DNA of 32,000 bases from Wallemia ichthyophaga EXF-994 (Eukaryota; Fungi; Basidiomycota). The stretch lies in contig NW_008806276.1 of the NCBI RefSeq assembly GCF_000400465.1, positions 480,001-512,000 on the forward strand, written 5' to 3'. Position 1 is the stretch's first letter, and every line of letters starts with the position of its first letter. The position numbers and the translations under genes are program-made. Below are positions 21,761 to 32,000 of the stretch, piece by piece. The notes under the pieces were generated by a model. That model had not been told where the DNA came from. It did not search any database and saw nothing but the letters and a program-made list of their open reading frames with translations.

Positions 21761-22868
21761 TCACTTGCGTGGCTTTGACAAAAGCTCAACTAGACTGAAT
21801 GACGATAAGAGTGCAAGAAGTGTCAGCTCCACTTTAAGAGGCATATAGCTTTCCACGGCTGCCTGGCTATTGAACGAGACGATCAGAGCGAGTCTGACAA
21901 GAGTGAATGTCAATGGAGAGAACACACTCTTGTCGAAGTTTATTAAGACTGATGGAATGAAAGGAACGATTAAAGAGTAAATGAGAAACTTCTTGACGGG
22001 ATTGACAAAGGGTGGCGTAAGCAGTGACTTTGCATATGGTAGCTTTACTCTGATGTAGTTAGTGGTGTACTTTTGAACAGGCTCTGGGACGTCGATGCGA
22101 TGGATGCGGATTGGTGTGACGGAATAGAGAACCACGAAGAGTTCTAAGAGTAATCCAGCCAACAAGAGGTGCTGACTGTCAGATGTCCACCTTTGGACTG
22201 AATTTATAGTATTTATAGTGCACTTGCGCAGCTTTACGGCGTATTGGCTGAATGAATTGACCATATCTTGAGCCTCTGATTCTATTTCATGAGCAGCGTC
22301 TATGGTGTGCTCCTTGACAGCTTCGATGGAGTCATGCGCAGCTTCTTGTATGGTGTCAGCCTTGGCGATGCTAGCTCTCTTGACAGAGCTGAATGAGGTA
22401 GAGCTTGGTGACGCGTGGGGGATGTCCACTGAACTTTCTCTCGCCTGAACTGGGACGGAAGTGGCACGTGGCTGGACATGGACACGGGCATCAGGAGATC
22501 CCGATGAGCTGAGCTCACTTCCATCATCATCGACTTCTTCATTCACGGCGACAGATTTCCTTGATCTTTGTTTCAGTGTGAGTAGAATCTAAGTGAACAT
22601 AATTTTAACATACTTCCTACGCGTATCTGTAAAGTAAGGAGCGAAAAGTGGATCGTCCTTGAGGGAGTGCTCATTCTTACGTAGATGATCCCTTATATTC
22701 TCAATAAGTTTATCTCTGTTGAGTTGATCGGTTTCAACGCCTAGCTTTGTACCGAGATCGACGAGTTCTATGAAAAGTATATCAGCGCACACACAAAGAC
22801 GCGCGTATAACAATCTCACCTGCTTTCCTCTTAGATTTAATTCCCGTTAAGCTTATGTTATTTGCCAT
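21761..22868 (-). CDS. Hypothetical protein, 335 aa: small helical (SAP/HeH-like) N-terminus, disordered linker, C-terminal TM segments
   Basis: complement(join(21761..22565,22614..22767,22820..22868)). Introns of 52 and 48 nt give a continuous frame: KRKAELVDLGTKLGV...RDKLIENIRDHL...DDPLFAPYF, a Ser/acidic linker and about 4 hydrophobic segments. Confidence 0.65.
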
Positions 22869-22971
22869 TTTATTTTACTGATGAGTGTTGAGGAGAGACG
22901 GGCGACGCGCATTGAGTGCTCGTTTAGGTTAAAACTCAAGACGCGTTTGGAAATCTTTTACGACGACGACG

Positions 22972-25002
22972 ATGGACTCACGCAGACGGACGATATTATC
23001 ATCGCAGCAGTCGCAGCACGTGCAGGAATCAAACATACCAGTCCCGCCGTCTGCACTCAAACAGAAATCAAGATATCAGCTGCAGCAGCCACAGCGCTTA
23101 TCAACAATACCTAGGCATTCATTAGCACAGTCTAATAGCCAGGATAACTTTATGCCTTCTGCTTCACGTAACGATGCTGGTATATACGGCAGGCAGTCAC
23201 TAGCACCTCGTATGCCGCCACCCAGGTTAGTTTGGCGTGTAGATTAATACGCGTAGCACTCACACCCATGAAGCATTCAAAGATCATCCGTTTATGGAAG
23301 ACAGTCAATCGCTCCCTCAGCATCACACCACCAAATATCTTCCTTCTTACCACCACCGCGTCCTTTACCACGTGATCCACGCCCACTTAAAGACCGCAAC
23401 TACATCAATGAGCTTAAGGAGCTTGTCCACAAACACCTCCTCGAATGCGGTTATCCATTTCCAGTTACAGCGAAAACACTAACATCGCCAACTACGAAAG
23501 ACTTCCAATCCATGTTTAGATTCCTCTACACGGATATACTCGATCCTGCTTTCATTTGGGCTAAAGACTTTCACGGAAAACCTCGTAAATTCGAAGAGGA
23601 GGTTCTTATGATACTTCGGGATTTGAGGTATCCCGTTGCAGATTCTATTTCTAAAACTCAATTACAAGCAGCTTCTGCGCAACATATCTGGCCTAGTATG
23701 TTAGCAATGCTTTCGTGGCTCGCTGATATGACGCGCACAATGCAGCATTGGTATACACCTGATGTATGCGATGATCCTCAATTAGCACATCCCGCAGATA
23801 TTTATCCTCCTGATATCCCAAATTGGTATGAGAAAGTTAGCTACGAGTATGCCTCATCGACCTATGTTGCTTTCCTCCAGAATGAGGATGAGTTTCCTAA
23901 CGAGAATGCCGAATTGGAAGACATCTACAAAAGACAGGATGATGAAATACTCAAAGAGGTGGAAGAACTTGAGAAGGAGAACCAGATTCTTCGCAAGGAT
24001 TTAGAGAAACTCGAACAATCTCCTTCACCGCTAGCCGAAGCTACTGAGGAGTTACAAAAGATGAAATCTGATAAAGGGAAATTCAAACAGTTGATTCAGC
24101 ATTTCGAAGAGAAAAAGTCAAAGACGGAAACCATCATAAGCAAAATGCAAGCGGCGGTTGAGGCACTTGAGAAGGAGCTTAACGAGCAGGAAGCTGAGAA
24201 TGACAAGGTCAGCAAACAGGTAGAAGCGCAAAATCTCACGCCTGAGGAAATAGACCGGATGAAATCAACACGCGTGCAGCTCTCCGACACGCTCGACAAA
24301 CACCGTCAACAGATTGAGAAAATAAAGAAATCAAACTGGGATTTAGAAATAACTTCTACAAAAGTAGCAGATAATCTCGAGAGCGTTGTGAAAACATACA
24401 CGGAATTATGCGAGAGGATTGGTATAATTCCAGGTCCACCACCGGAAAAGTACATGAACATTCAATTTGACTTGGACTACAGTAGAGCAGCAGCTACGCC
24501 TTCGGAGATGTTCTCATCAACTGATATAAAAGGTGCAATCAAGAATGCTCTAATTGGAATGAGGAAAGATGCAACAGATAAACACGTCGAGGTGGAGAAT
24601 GACAACATTATCTATGCGGAGGATTTGCAGCGCGCTGAAGAGCTTGTCGTTGAATCACAAGAAAAAGTTCAAGATATACAAGCTAAATTGGAGACAACCA
24701 AGTCACAGACTGATGATGAAAAGTCACGGATGCAAGCTGAAGTGTCAGCATCTAACACAGAAATGAGAGAAGCTGAACAATTGCTACACGACGCTCAAGC
24801 TAATGCACGCAAAGGTGTACTTGCACTCGATCAACGCTACCAATCGCTTATGTTTCAGTATGACAATTTGCTCTCTACTACACAAAATACACAACAGGAG
24901 CTATCACAAGAGATTGTGTCTATCGTCACTGAAATAATCAACCTCAAGCAATACGTCGGTCGCGTTCTAGAAGATCTTCAGAAATTTGTCGAGGAGAATT
25001 AA
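22972..25002 (+). CDS. NDC80: Kinetochore protein Ndc80/Hec1, 660 aa
   Basis: join(22972..23225,23274..25002). Basic unstructured tail, RDPRPLKDRNY, PTTKDFQSMFRFLY, LRYP, WPSMLAMLSWL (CH domain), long coiled coil. Confidence 0.93.
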
Positions 25003-25119
25003 AACATTCACCTGGATTGCACACCTATTTAATAATCTGTTTAGTGTATAAATCTGTTGTAATAACAAAATTAATAAGGAAATAATACTTTTAAATCTTT
25101 TTGTCTAAATTCACCCACT

Positions 25120-27407
25120 CTACGCCCAAACGTTACCCATCACGTCATCAAGAGAGGTAGGATTAGCCGGAGGTGGTGCAGATGATGGAGGGGTGGGTGG
25201 TTTGTTGGCGCTGACTGACCAAATGTCGTCGACTTGAGGTGCGGATGTTGGTGCTGGGGAGCTAGCAGCGGTGAGTGAGGTGTGAGCAGTGAGTGAGGTA
25301 GGATCGTGCGCTGGCGCCGGTGCACTCCATACATCACCATCCAATCCCAGACTGTCGTTTGCAGGTACTTTTGGTGAAGGTAGGGAAGACGCGCCAAACG
25401 AGTCCCAAAGATCGCCCGAATGTGATTTAGTATTAGAAGAGGACGGATGCATCGATTGTGATGGTAATGCTGATGGTGGTGGTGATGTTGCTGGGTTTGC
25501 TTCTAGTGCGCCGGCCCCGTCAAATAATGAAGGTGTGGATACGACAGGCTCAGCCTTAGTCTCTGAATCAGACATTGGTATTGGATCTGGCGTTGACCAG
25601 ACATCCTTCTCGTGGCTGTCCGTGTCGGTTTTGATGTTGATGTCAGGCTCTGCCTCGGGAGATGGTATGGGGTCAGGTGTAGACCACGCGTTGTCAGCTG
25701 CGAATAGATCTCCGCTCTATAGTATATTCGTTAGCACACCATCAATGCACAATGGAATTTGCCACACTCACAACCGCGTTACCACTCTTCTTCTTCGGAC
25801 TGCTCACATCGATACTGCCACCCGAGGTCGACTGAAATGCGCTGAAGGGATCGGATGTCAGCTTAGATGGAGCTGGTATATCATTCAGATTGGACGGTAT
25901 ATCAGCAAATGGACTACCGCTTGAAAATTTGCTGCTTGTGTCTGAATAACCAGAATCATTGAGGTTGATATTGCTTGTACGTGAAGATGAGAAAAAGTCA
26001 TTGAATGACGTGGTGTTTGAGGTATTGAAAGATAATGAAGTCGTAGGTTGAGGTGGTGGTGCAGAGAAGTTATTCGTTAGTTCTATTTTCCCAGGTCTGT
26101 TTTTAGAGTCTACAGTTTGCGCCTTGTATGATTTGGTTGGATTGGGTGGAGGAGCTGCCCAGCTACTACTGCCCCAGTCGTCAAAAGCGTCGAAAGCTTC
26201 AGCGTTGCTATCGTCAGCACTTGTGGTAGGACCCCAGTCGTCGTCATCGAGGAGGTTCTTCTGTGGTGGTATAGGGGCTGTCGAAGCGCGCGGTGGTGCA
26301 TGTGTGTTTGTGTTTGTTTGCATTTGTGCTTGTGCAACGGGTGCACCTCCAAAGCCACTACCACTGCCACCTAGTAAATCAAATGAGTTGGCTGTGTTGG
26401 TTAGAGTGCTTGCCGTGTTCGTGCCCCACAACGCACTCAGTGCGTCAGAGCTCTGGCTTTGGGTTGTGGATTGAGGTTGTGAGCGTGAACCCGCACCCAA
26501 GTTGAGGCTGGAGAATGGATCGCTCATATCATTCGTCTGTGGCTGCACAGGTTTGGAATTACTTGGAGGTTTAGCGAAGAGGGACATGATGTCCTGCTTG
26601 TTTGCCTTCTTAACGGTGTTAGTGGGAGATGTTGCTGTCATATCGAGATCAAGGAGGCCGTTGTGAGGTGCTGTATCATTAGCGGTGGTGGTAGTACTAG
26701 TAGTGGTAGTAGTATTGGTAGTAGTAGCACCGCTTTTACCGCTTTTACCAGCTGGTTTAGTAATCTGCCGCGTGTTGATCTGCACTTTGGGCAGGGATTT
26801 GGGAGCAGGTGCGATATCGATGAGGGAGGATTGAGAGTGATCTTGGGTGGGAGCTTTACGTGGTGCGCTACCCGCACTGACACCCTTCTGTATTTGAGTG
26901 ATAGGGTTATTCACGCTGGCTGAAGTGCCACCGGAGCCAGTCTCTAGCATTCTGGGATCAGAAGGGAGGGGACCATTGCGAGCCCACTTTCTACCGTCGT
27001 ATTTAGAGCGAATGAAGGACTCAATTCTGTGATCTGGAACGACGTGGCCAGGTTTAAGATGAGCCTGCCAGTACATATTCGCAAGGCGGTTGCCCCACTT
27101 GAGCATGCACTGTATTTGCTCAGGCGTCCACATATCGAGATCAACGCTCTTTACGCGGGATATGTGTGTTCCCATGGAGCGGTGTACGCCTGAGCAGCGA
27201 ATACAGACAAATACACCGAGATTCCAACTTGCCCAGCGTGGATCTTTGTTGGAGCAGTCAGCGCACTTTCTGTTGTGTGGATCTCTGAGGAGTGTGCGGA
27301 GGATGTGGACTGGGAGATGGGGATTAGATTAGATTAGATTGCTTGCGCAACTCGAACTCACGATGCTTATCTGCAGTTGCCTTATCTTGTCGCTGGCGTG
27401 TGGACAT
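25120..27407 (-). CDS. ArfGAP-domain protein (Age2/SMAP-like), 726 aa
   Basis: complement(join(25120..25716,25772..27309,27362..27407)). CADCSNKDPRWASWNLGVFVCIRCSGVHRSMGTHISRVKSVDLD (C-x2-C-x16-C-x2-C-x4-R), FIRSKY, low-complexity tail with LLDL and DxW/DxF motifs. Confidence 0.92.
27323..27340. repeat. (ATTAG)n tandem repeat, read as three CTAAT branch-point motifs in ArfGAP intron 1
   Basis: The plus strand reads attagattagattagatt inside the 52-nt intron 27310-27361. Confidence 0.8.
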
Positions 27408-27439
27408 AAGCAGATGGTGGTTCAAGAACAACAACCAAG

Positions 27440-29005
27440 ATGAGAATCACGGTCGTTGGATTTATTTGTTTCCTGGGATTTTCATTGGCTATTCAATACA
27501 CTCCACGCACTCTGCGTAGCCATCTTAACCTGGATATCGATATTACCACTTTCCCCGCATACACCGCCAACCACTTCCACAACCGCGTAGACCACTACAA
27601 CGAATCCGACACGCGTGATTTTCCTCAGCGCTACTGGGTTAACAGCCGCCACTACGACGGTGCCCCCAATCCTCCTATTTTCCTCCTCGAGGCAGGTGAG
27701 ACAGACGGGGTAGCCCGACTCGACGCTCTCGACCGCGGGATTGTCAATCATCTTGCACAAGCCACCAATGGTATTGCAATTGTCCTCGAGCACCGCTACT
27801 ATGGTGATTCTCTCCCCTTCAAAATTTTCACCCAAGACACTCTGCGCTACCTAACCTACAACCAGTCATTAGAGGATAGTGTGAAATTTGCGCGTGATTT
27901 TCATACTCTGTACCACCCTCACAGTGCCAGCTTGAACACCGCACAATTGAACCACTCGCGCTGGATCGTCTATGGGGGCAGCTACGCGGGAGCACGAGCC
28001 GCACACCTACGCACGCTTCACCCTGACGTATTTTTTGGTGGGATAGGCAGCAGTGCTGTTGTGCACGCAGAGGATGATTACTGGCGGTATTTCGACATGA
28101 TACGGCTGCATCAGGATGGTGGCTGCGTTAATGCACTCAGTCAGGCCGTACAACTCATCGACGCTGTCCTCGATCTTCCCTTGGCTCTCCCCAAACACGC
28201 ACTCAAACGTCTCTTCGGTCTAAGCGGGCTGTCCGACGAGGACTTTGTCGATACCATCACATATCCCCTCGCTTTCGTGCAGGGTGAGAACTGGGATGAG
28301 GAGGTGTCTGCACATGAGTTCCAGTCGTTCTGCAACGCTACTGCGGGTGATGGACTGGTGAAACGACTGCTTACTTTCACTCCCAATTTCACTCTCATTC
28401 CTACTTGCCCACCCTCAGCCTCACTCCCACTTGGCCACGCGGCTTACGCTCTCGTACAGTATGCGTGCTGGATAGACAAGCACGTGGCAACGCAGCTGCG
28501 AGCGGCCCAAGTGAGAGACAGGGATGCAACCAACGCCGACGCCAGTGCACCATCGAGCATGCGCGCATGGGGGTATCAAGTATGTACGCAATGGGGGTAT
28601 TTCCAAGGAGCGCCTCCTGTGACAGCGCGTGAGGCCTATGCACACAGACTAGTATCGAAGCGGCTCACCCTAGAGCAGACGTCGAGCTACTGCCTGCGCG
28701 ACTACAATATTACCCACCGGCCGCATATAGAGGAAGTGAACTCGTTGGGTGATTTTCAAACACACGCCCATCGCCTCGCATTTATCGACGGTAGTGCAGA
28801 TCCATGGAGAGAGGCGACGGCGCATTCATCTCGAGCTGCTGATCGCCTCGATAGCATCGGTGAGCCTTCCATTGTGATTCCTAAAGGCACACACCACTGG
28901 GATGAGAATGGCTGGTTGGATCGCACGCAGGAGCCACCGCTTATTAGAAATGTGCATGACTACGCTGTTTCTTTCGTGTCGAGTTGGTTGGAGGAGCGTG
29001 TATAA
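27440..29005 (+). CDS. Secreted/vacuolar serine peptidase, family S28, 521 aa
   Basis: Single ORF with signal peptide. VDH, FPQRYW, LEHRYYG, GGSYAG (catalytic Ser), WGYQVCTQWGYF, DGSADPW, GTHHWD. Confidence 0.92.
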   Translation: MRITVVGFICFLGFSLAIQYTPRTLRSHLNLDIDITTFPAYTANHFHNRVDHYNESDTRDFPQRYWVNSRHYDGAPNPPIFLLEAGETDGVARLDALDRGIVNHLAQATNGIAIVLEHRYYGDSLPFKIFTQDTLRYLTYNQSLEDSVKFARDFHTLYHPHSASLNTAQLNHSRWIVYGGSYAGARAAHLRTLHPDVFFGGIGSSAVVHAEDDYWRYFDMIRLHQDGGCVNALSQAVQLIDAVLDLPLALPKHALKRLFGLSGLSDEDFVDTITYPLAFVQGENWDEEVSAHEFQSFCNATAGDGLVKRLLTFTPNFTLIPTCPPSASLPLGHAAYALVQYACWIDKHVATQLRAAQVRDRDATNADASAPSSMRAWGYQVCTQWGYFQGAPPVTAREAYAHRLVSKRLTLEQTSSYCLRDYNITHRPHIEEVNSLGDFQTHAHRLAFIDGSADPWREATAHSSRAADRLDSIGEPSIVIPKGTHHWDENGWLDRTQEPPLIRNVHDYAVSFVSSWLEERV

Positions 29006-29187
29006 CATGATAATAATATAATATAGCCACACTAGCAACACTAGTAGACATGATGCATGATATAGTATAGCACTAATGGGGTATATACACAGAATCGCAT
29101 ATTATGTTGCGTGTTTTCAAGCACGCGTAATTGACACGCTCTTAACCGCCATAACCGCCATTAAAATGACCCATTTACCACATTCAC

Positions 29188-30396
29188 TTAATCCATTTTC
29201 CAGCTTTTCACAATCACATCGTCATCTGCATACGCAGAGCTAAGGATGATTTCGACTACCCAGAGTGTGAGTGTCCACGCGACGTTGGCCCATCTCCACC
29301 ACAGCTGGGCGCCCTGATCGAGGACTGTGAAAAAGTTAGAGTGCGTCGGGCAAAGCAAAACACCCAACTCACGTAGGAGATGCGTATATACGAGTATCAG
29401 GATAGGTCTCGAGAAGGACACCAAGATGGTCATGATGAAGGTCGACGGCTCGTCGTCCTGTAGCCGTTTCTCGGCGTCGGGGTCAGCGGCATTCTCGAAC
29501 GAGTCAGTGAGGGAAGAGGAGGAGGAGCGGATGAGGGGAATGATTTTTGTGGCAAGATAGAGAACACTAGTGCGGAAGATGAGCGATACGAGGAGCGTTG
29601 GGGGGAGAGTAGCGAAAGCGAAACCAACGAATTCTATTGTGTCACCCAGGGCATTCTTGAGGAATACAAGGGCGTTGGAGAGAGACTGGATAACCCAGCG
29701 CTGGTTGTCGAATGACCACTGGAAACCAATCCACCCGGAAGCACCTTGGATGGCGTCGGCGCATAGCCAGATGGAGTAGGCAATGTAGGCGAACATTAGA
29801 CTGGTCTCGATGACGGTCGCGCGTCTGGCGGTGAGAGCCAATGCGGAGAGAGCGAGTGTTGCGACGAGAGCAGCGCCGATAAGAGAGGCGGAGAATGGAG
29901 TGGAGGCCGCAGCGGGGTAGGAGTGTATAAGCCATATGCCAGAGGTGACGTAGATTATGGAAGACAGGATTAAGAAGAAGACAGCGCCGGTTTCGCCTTT
30001 TCTGCGAACGAGGAGGCGAGAGAATTGGCCAGCAGCTTGTATGCAGAGGAGAGAGGAGGCGCCTTCGAGGAGAGAGAAGGTGGGTGAGGAGGCGTGTAGA
30101 ATCGATTCAAACGAGTCGGTGATGATGGAGAGTGCGGTGCACGGCGGGGACTGGAGGTGGAACGAGGTGAGGAGGAGCAAGGGGATTACGAGTGGCTGTA
30201 TGGCGCTGATTAGGGCAGTGAGCACACCGATCCACCTGCTGTTAAACAGCCTGAGTGTGCACACCAGAGTGTAATAGCAAGTCAGAAATAGCGAGAGCGT
30301 CAAGAAGGTCTGCTTGTTTGAAATATTCAAGGTCAGCGGTAGAAACAATAGAACCTCTATAAAAGAAAGGAAACGCTTGAAATTATTAAGTATCAT
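29188..30396 (-). CDS. ICE2: ER membrane protein Ice2, 386 aa
   Basis: complement(join(29188..29324,29373..30396)). SPTFSLLEGASSLLCIQAAGQ, IYVTSG, VIETSLMFAY, SLIFRTSVLY, PILILVYTHLL, WWRW. A 48-nt in-frame intron restores HLLLLDQ. Confidence 0.85.
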   Translation of the reverse strand: MILNNFKRFLSFIEVLLFLPLTLNISNKQTFLTLSLFLTCYYTLVCTLRLFNSRWIGVLTALISAIQPLVIPLLLLTSFHLQSPPCTALSIITDSFESILHASSPTFSLLEGASSLLCIQAAGQFSRLLVRRKGETGAVFFLILSSIIYVTSGIWLIHSYPAAASTPFSASLIGAALVATLALSALALTARRATVIETSLMFAYIAYSIWLCADAIQGASGWIGFQWSFDNQRWVIQSLSNALVFLKNALGDTIEFVGFAFATLPPTLLVSLIFRTSVLYLATKIIPLIRSSSSSLTDSFENAADPDAEKRLQDDEPSTFIMTILVSFSRPILILVYTHLLRELGVLLCPTHSNFFTVLDQGAQLWWRWANVAWTLTLWVVEIILSSAYADDDVIVKSWKMD

Positions 30397-30600
30397 GGTG
30401 GTTTGTAGGATAGCTGAGGTAGCTGTGCTACCTTCTCTACGGCCAACGTCGAATACTTCAAAATTAATAGGCTAAATTCATTATTCAATAAACTCAGCTC
30501 AAAGGATTCTGGGGGGAGCAATACACCTGACAAGAGACCGCCTTCTCCACCGCCGCCGCCGTTGCATCACGTGGATGGACCGAGTACTTCGTTGCAGGAA

Positions 30601-31668
30601 ATGCAGCAGTCGCAGCAAATACAGCAGTCACAGCAGTCACAACAATCGCACAACTCCCACCAATCGCACCATCCTCCAGACGACCCCACCGCGGGATCCA
30701 TCGACATCGACGACATGATCCAGAGACTTCTTAACATTGGCTACAGCGCAAAGTACTCCAAATCACTCCCCATAAAGCCTGAAGAGCTCACGCAGCTCCT
30801 CCAACTCAGCCGAAACCTCCTCCTCAACCAGCCAACACTCATCGAACTAAACCCTCCCGTAAAAATCGTTGGCGACGTACACGGCCAGTACTCTGATCTC
30901 ATTCGCCTATTCGATATGTCTGGTTTTCCCCCTCAATCCAATTACCTCTTCCTCGGCGACTACGTTGACAGAGGTAAGCAATCTCTCGAAACTATCCTCC
31001 TTCTTCTCTGCTACAAGCTAAAATACCCTGAAAACTTTTTCCTTCTCCGTGGTAACCATGAGTGCGCCAATGTTACTAGAGTCTATGGCTTTTACGATGA
31101 GTGCAAGAGACGCTCCAATGTTAAAATCTGGAAACAGTTTGTTGATGTCTTCAACAGCTTTCCAATAGCTGCAGTGGTAGCCTCCAAGATATTCTGCGTC
31201 CATGGTGGTTTATCGCCCAACCTCACAACCATGGATGACATTAGAAGGATACAGCGACCTTTAGATGTACCCGATTATGGTCTGCTTAATGATCTTCTCT
31301 GGTCTGATCCATCCGATACTGCTTTCGATTGGGAGGAGAATGAACGAGGTGTGAGCTACTGCTTTGGGAAGAGCGTCATCAATGATTTTCTAAGTCGATA
31401 CGAGTTTGATCTCATTTGCAGAGCTCACATGGTCGTTGAGGATGGTTATGAATTCTGGAATGACAGAACTCTCGTTACCATCTTCAGCGCACCAAACTAT
31501 TGCGGAGAGTTTGATAACTTTGGTGCTATCATGTCCGTCTCTCAGGATTTGCTCTGCGCATTCGAGCTGTTGAAACCACTAGACAGCCAAGCACTCAAGA
31601 AGGAGATGCACAAATCACGCAAAAGGAGAAACCAGCAACTGGCCCACACTAATGATTCCAATCAATGA
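30601..31668 (+). CDS. PPZ1: Ser/Thr protein phosphatase, PP1-like PPZ/PPQ subfamily; true start uncertain (frame open from 30418)
   Basis: [54 protein letters not shown] and [10 protein letters not shown] are PPZ-type. The first in-frame ATG is at 30601. Confidence 0.85.
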   Translation: MQQSQQIQQSQQSQQSHNSHQSHHPPDDPTAGSIDIDDMIQRLLNIGYSAKYSKSLPIKPEELTQLLQLSRNLLLNQPTLIELNPPVKIVGDVHGQYSDLIRLFDMSGFPPQSNYLFLGDYVDRGKQSLETILLLLCYKLKYPENFFLLRGNHECANVTRVYGFYDECKRRSNVKIWKQFVDVFNSFPIAAVVASKIFCVHGGLSPNLTTMDDIRRIQRPLDVPDYGLLNDLLWSDPSDTAFDWEENERGVSYCFGKSVINDFLSRYEFDLICRAHMVVEDGYEFWNDRTLVTIFSAPNYCGEFDNFGAIMSVSQDLLCAFELLKPLDSQALKKEMHKSRKRRNQQLAHTNDSNQ

Positions 31669-31744
31669 GCTATATCAGAACATATTTTTAATCACCCTAT
31701 TTGTAAATTGATTTCCAAATTACATGAATCTATGTCAAATTACT

Positions 31745-32000
31745 TTACAGGTTGTCAGCGGGAGCCAAAAAACCAAATGGAGTGACTATTCTCTTGAGTG
31801 ACCAGAGTTGAGGAGGAACGACGTATCCCAGTGTACCACCGTGCAGCCAATGTCTCATCATGGGTATGCCAGTGAGGAGGAGAAAGGACCAAGCCCAGAG
31901 TGCACCGAGTGCGCCACCAACTCTACGTCCGCTGAGGTGTTGAATTGTGGTTTCCAATGCAACAGCCGCAGCTGAAGCCTGGAAGAAGGCGATGGAGGGG
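31745..32000 (-). CDS. 3' end of an MBOAT_2 / wax-synthase-like O-acyltransferase
   Basis: Frame open from the window edge: ..IAFFQASAAAVALETTIQHLSGRRVGGALGALWAWSFLLLTGIPMMRHW.., resembling the FFxxQ..xED...GRRVGGxxGxxWxW C-terminus of fungal MBOAT_2 proteins. Confidence 0.6.
   Translation of the reverse strand, partial: PSIAFFQASAAAVALETTIQHLSGRRVGGALGALWAWSFLLLTGIPMMRHWLHGGTLGYVVPPQLWSLKRIVTPFGFLAPADNL

Noticed and set aside
8586-25002. Psh1-like ligase and NDC80 in one window as a kinetochore cluster
   Set aside because: They are 13 kb apart with many unrelated genes between, which is expected by chance at this gene density.
25289-25924. 211-aa plus-strand ORF, and other long antisense or alternate-frame ORFs (2647-3165, 3705-4091, 10046-10597, 13498-13899, 15532-15990)
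   Set aside because: They are shadows of well-supported genes, often over low-complexity coding DNA, and have no recognisable motifs.
26690-26730. Thr-run repeat in ArfGAP and Gln/Ser repeat at 30601-30670 in PPZ
   Set aside because: These are ordinary low-complexity coding tracts, not arrays with spacers.
1-32000. Transposons, CRISPR arrays, secondary-metabolite or toxin clusters, prokaryotic operon signals
   Set aside because: There are no transposase, RT or integrase motifs, terminal repeats, repeat-spacer arrays or PKS/NRPS domains. The aaggagg at 2435-2441 is a chance Shine-Dalgarno look-alike in intron-containing eukaryotic DNA.

Overview
Eukaryotic (fungal, basidiomycete-like) DNA, extremely gene-dense: 22 protein-coding genes (2 truncated by the window edges) plus one intron-containing tRNA-Ser(AGA). 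I reconstructed 39 short GT-AG introns (42-64 nt) by hand, so most supplied ORFs are exon fragments or antisense shadows. The compaction and intron size suggest a Wallemia-like genome (inference, not verified). Most genes are housekeeping: probable DBP10, TRM9, ALKBH1-type dioxygenase, BRO1, Psh1-like RING ligase, Usp protein, NAR1, cysteine synthase-like, L-type lectin, BNA1, trifunctional TRP1, DGK1, NDC80, ArfGAP, S28 peptidase, ICE2, PPZ-type phosphatase and an MBOAT acyltransferase. No mobile element or CRISPR array is seen. The standout is a 6-exon minus-strand gene (6821-8268) that the ORF track misses as a unit. It encodes a 404-aa DUF4436-like membrane protein whose motif order matches pentameric ligand-gated (Pro-loop) ion channels, a family generally described as absent from fungi, with an N-terminal helix possibly replacing M4. 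Other notable points: a TRP1 start codon split by an intron (AT|G), head-to-head BNA1/TRP1 and TRM9/ALKBH1 pairs, divergent start codons only 25-59 bp apart, and frequent AAG splice acceptors. All family assignments come from motif recognition, not database searches.
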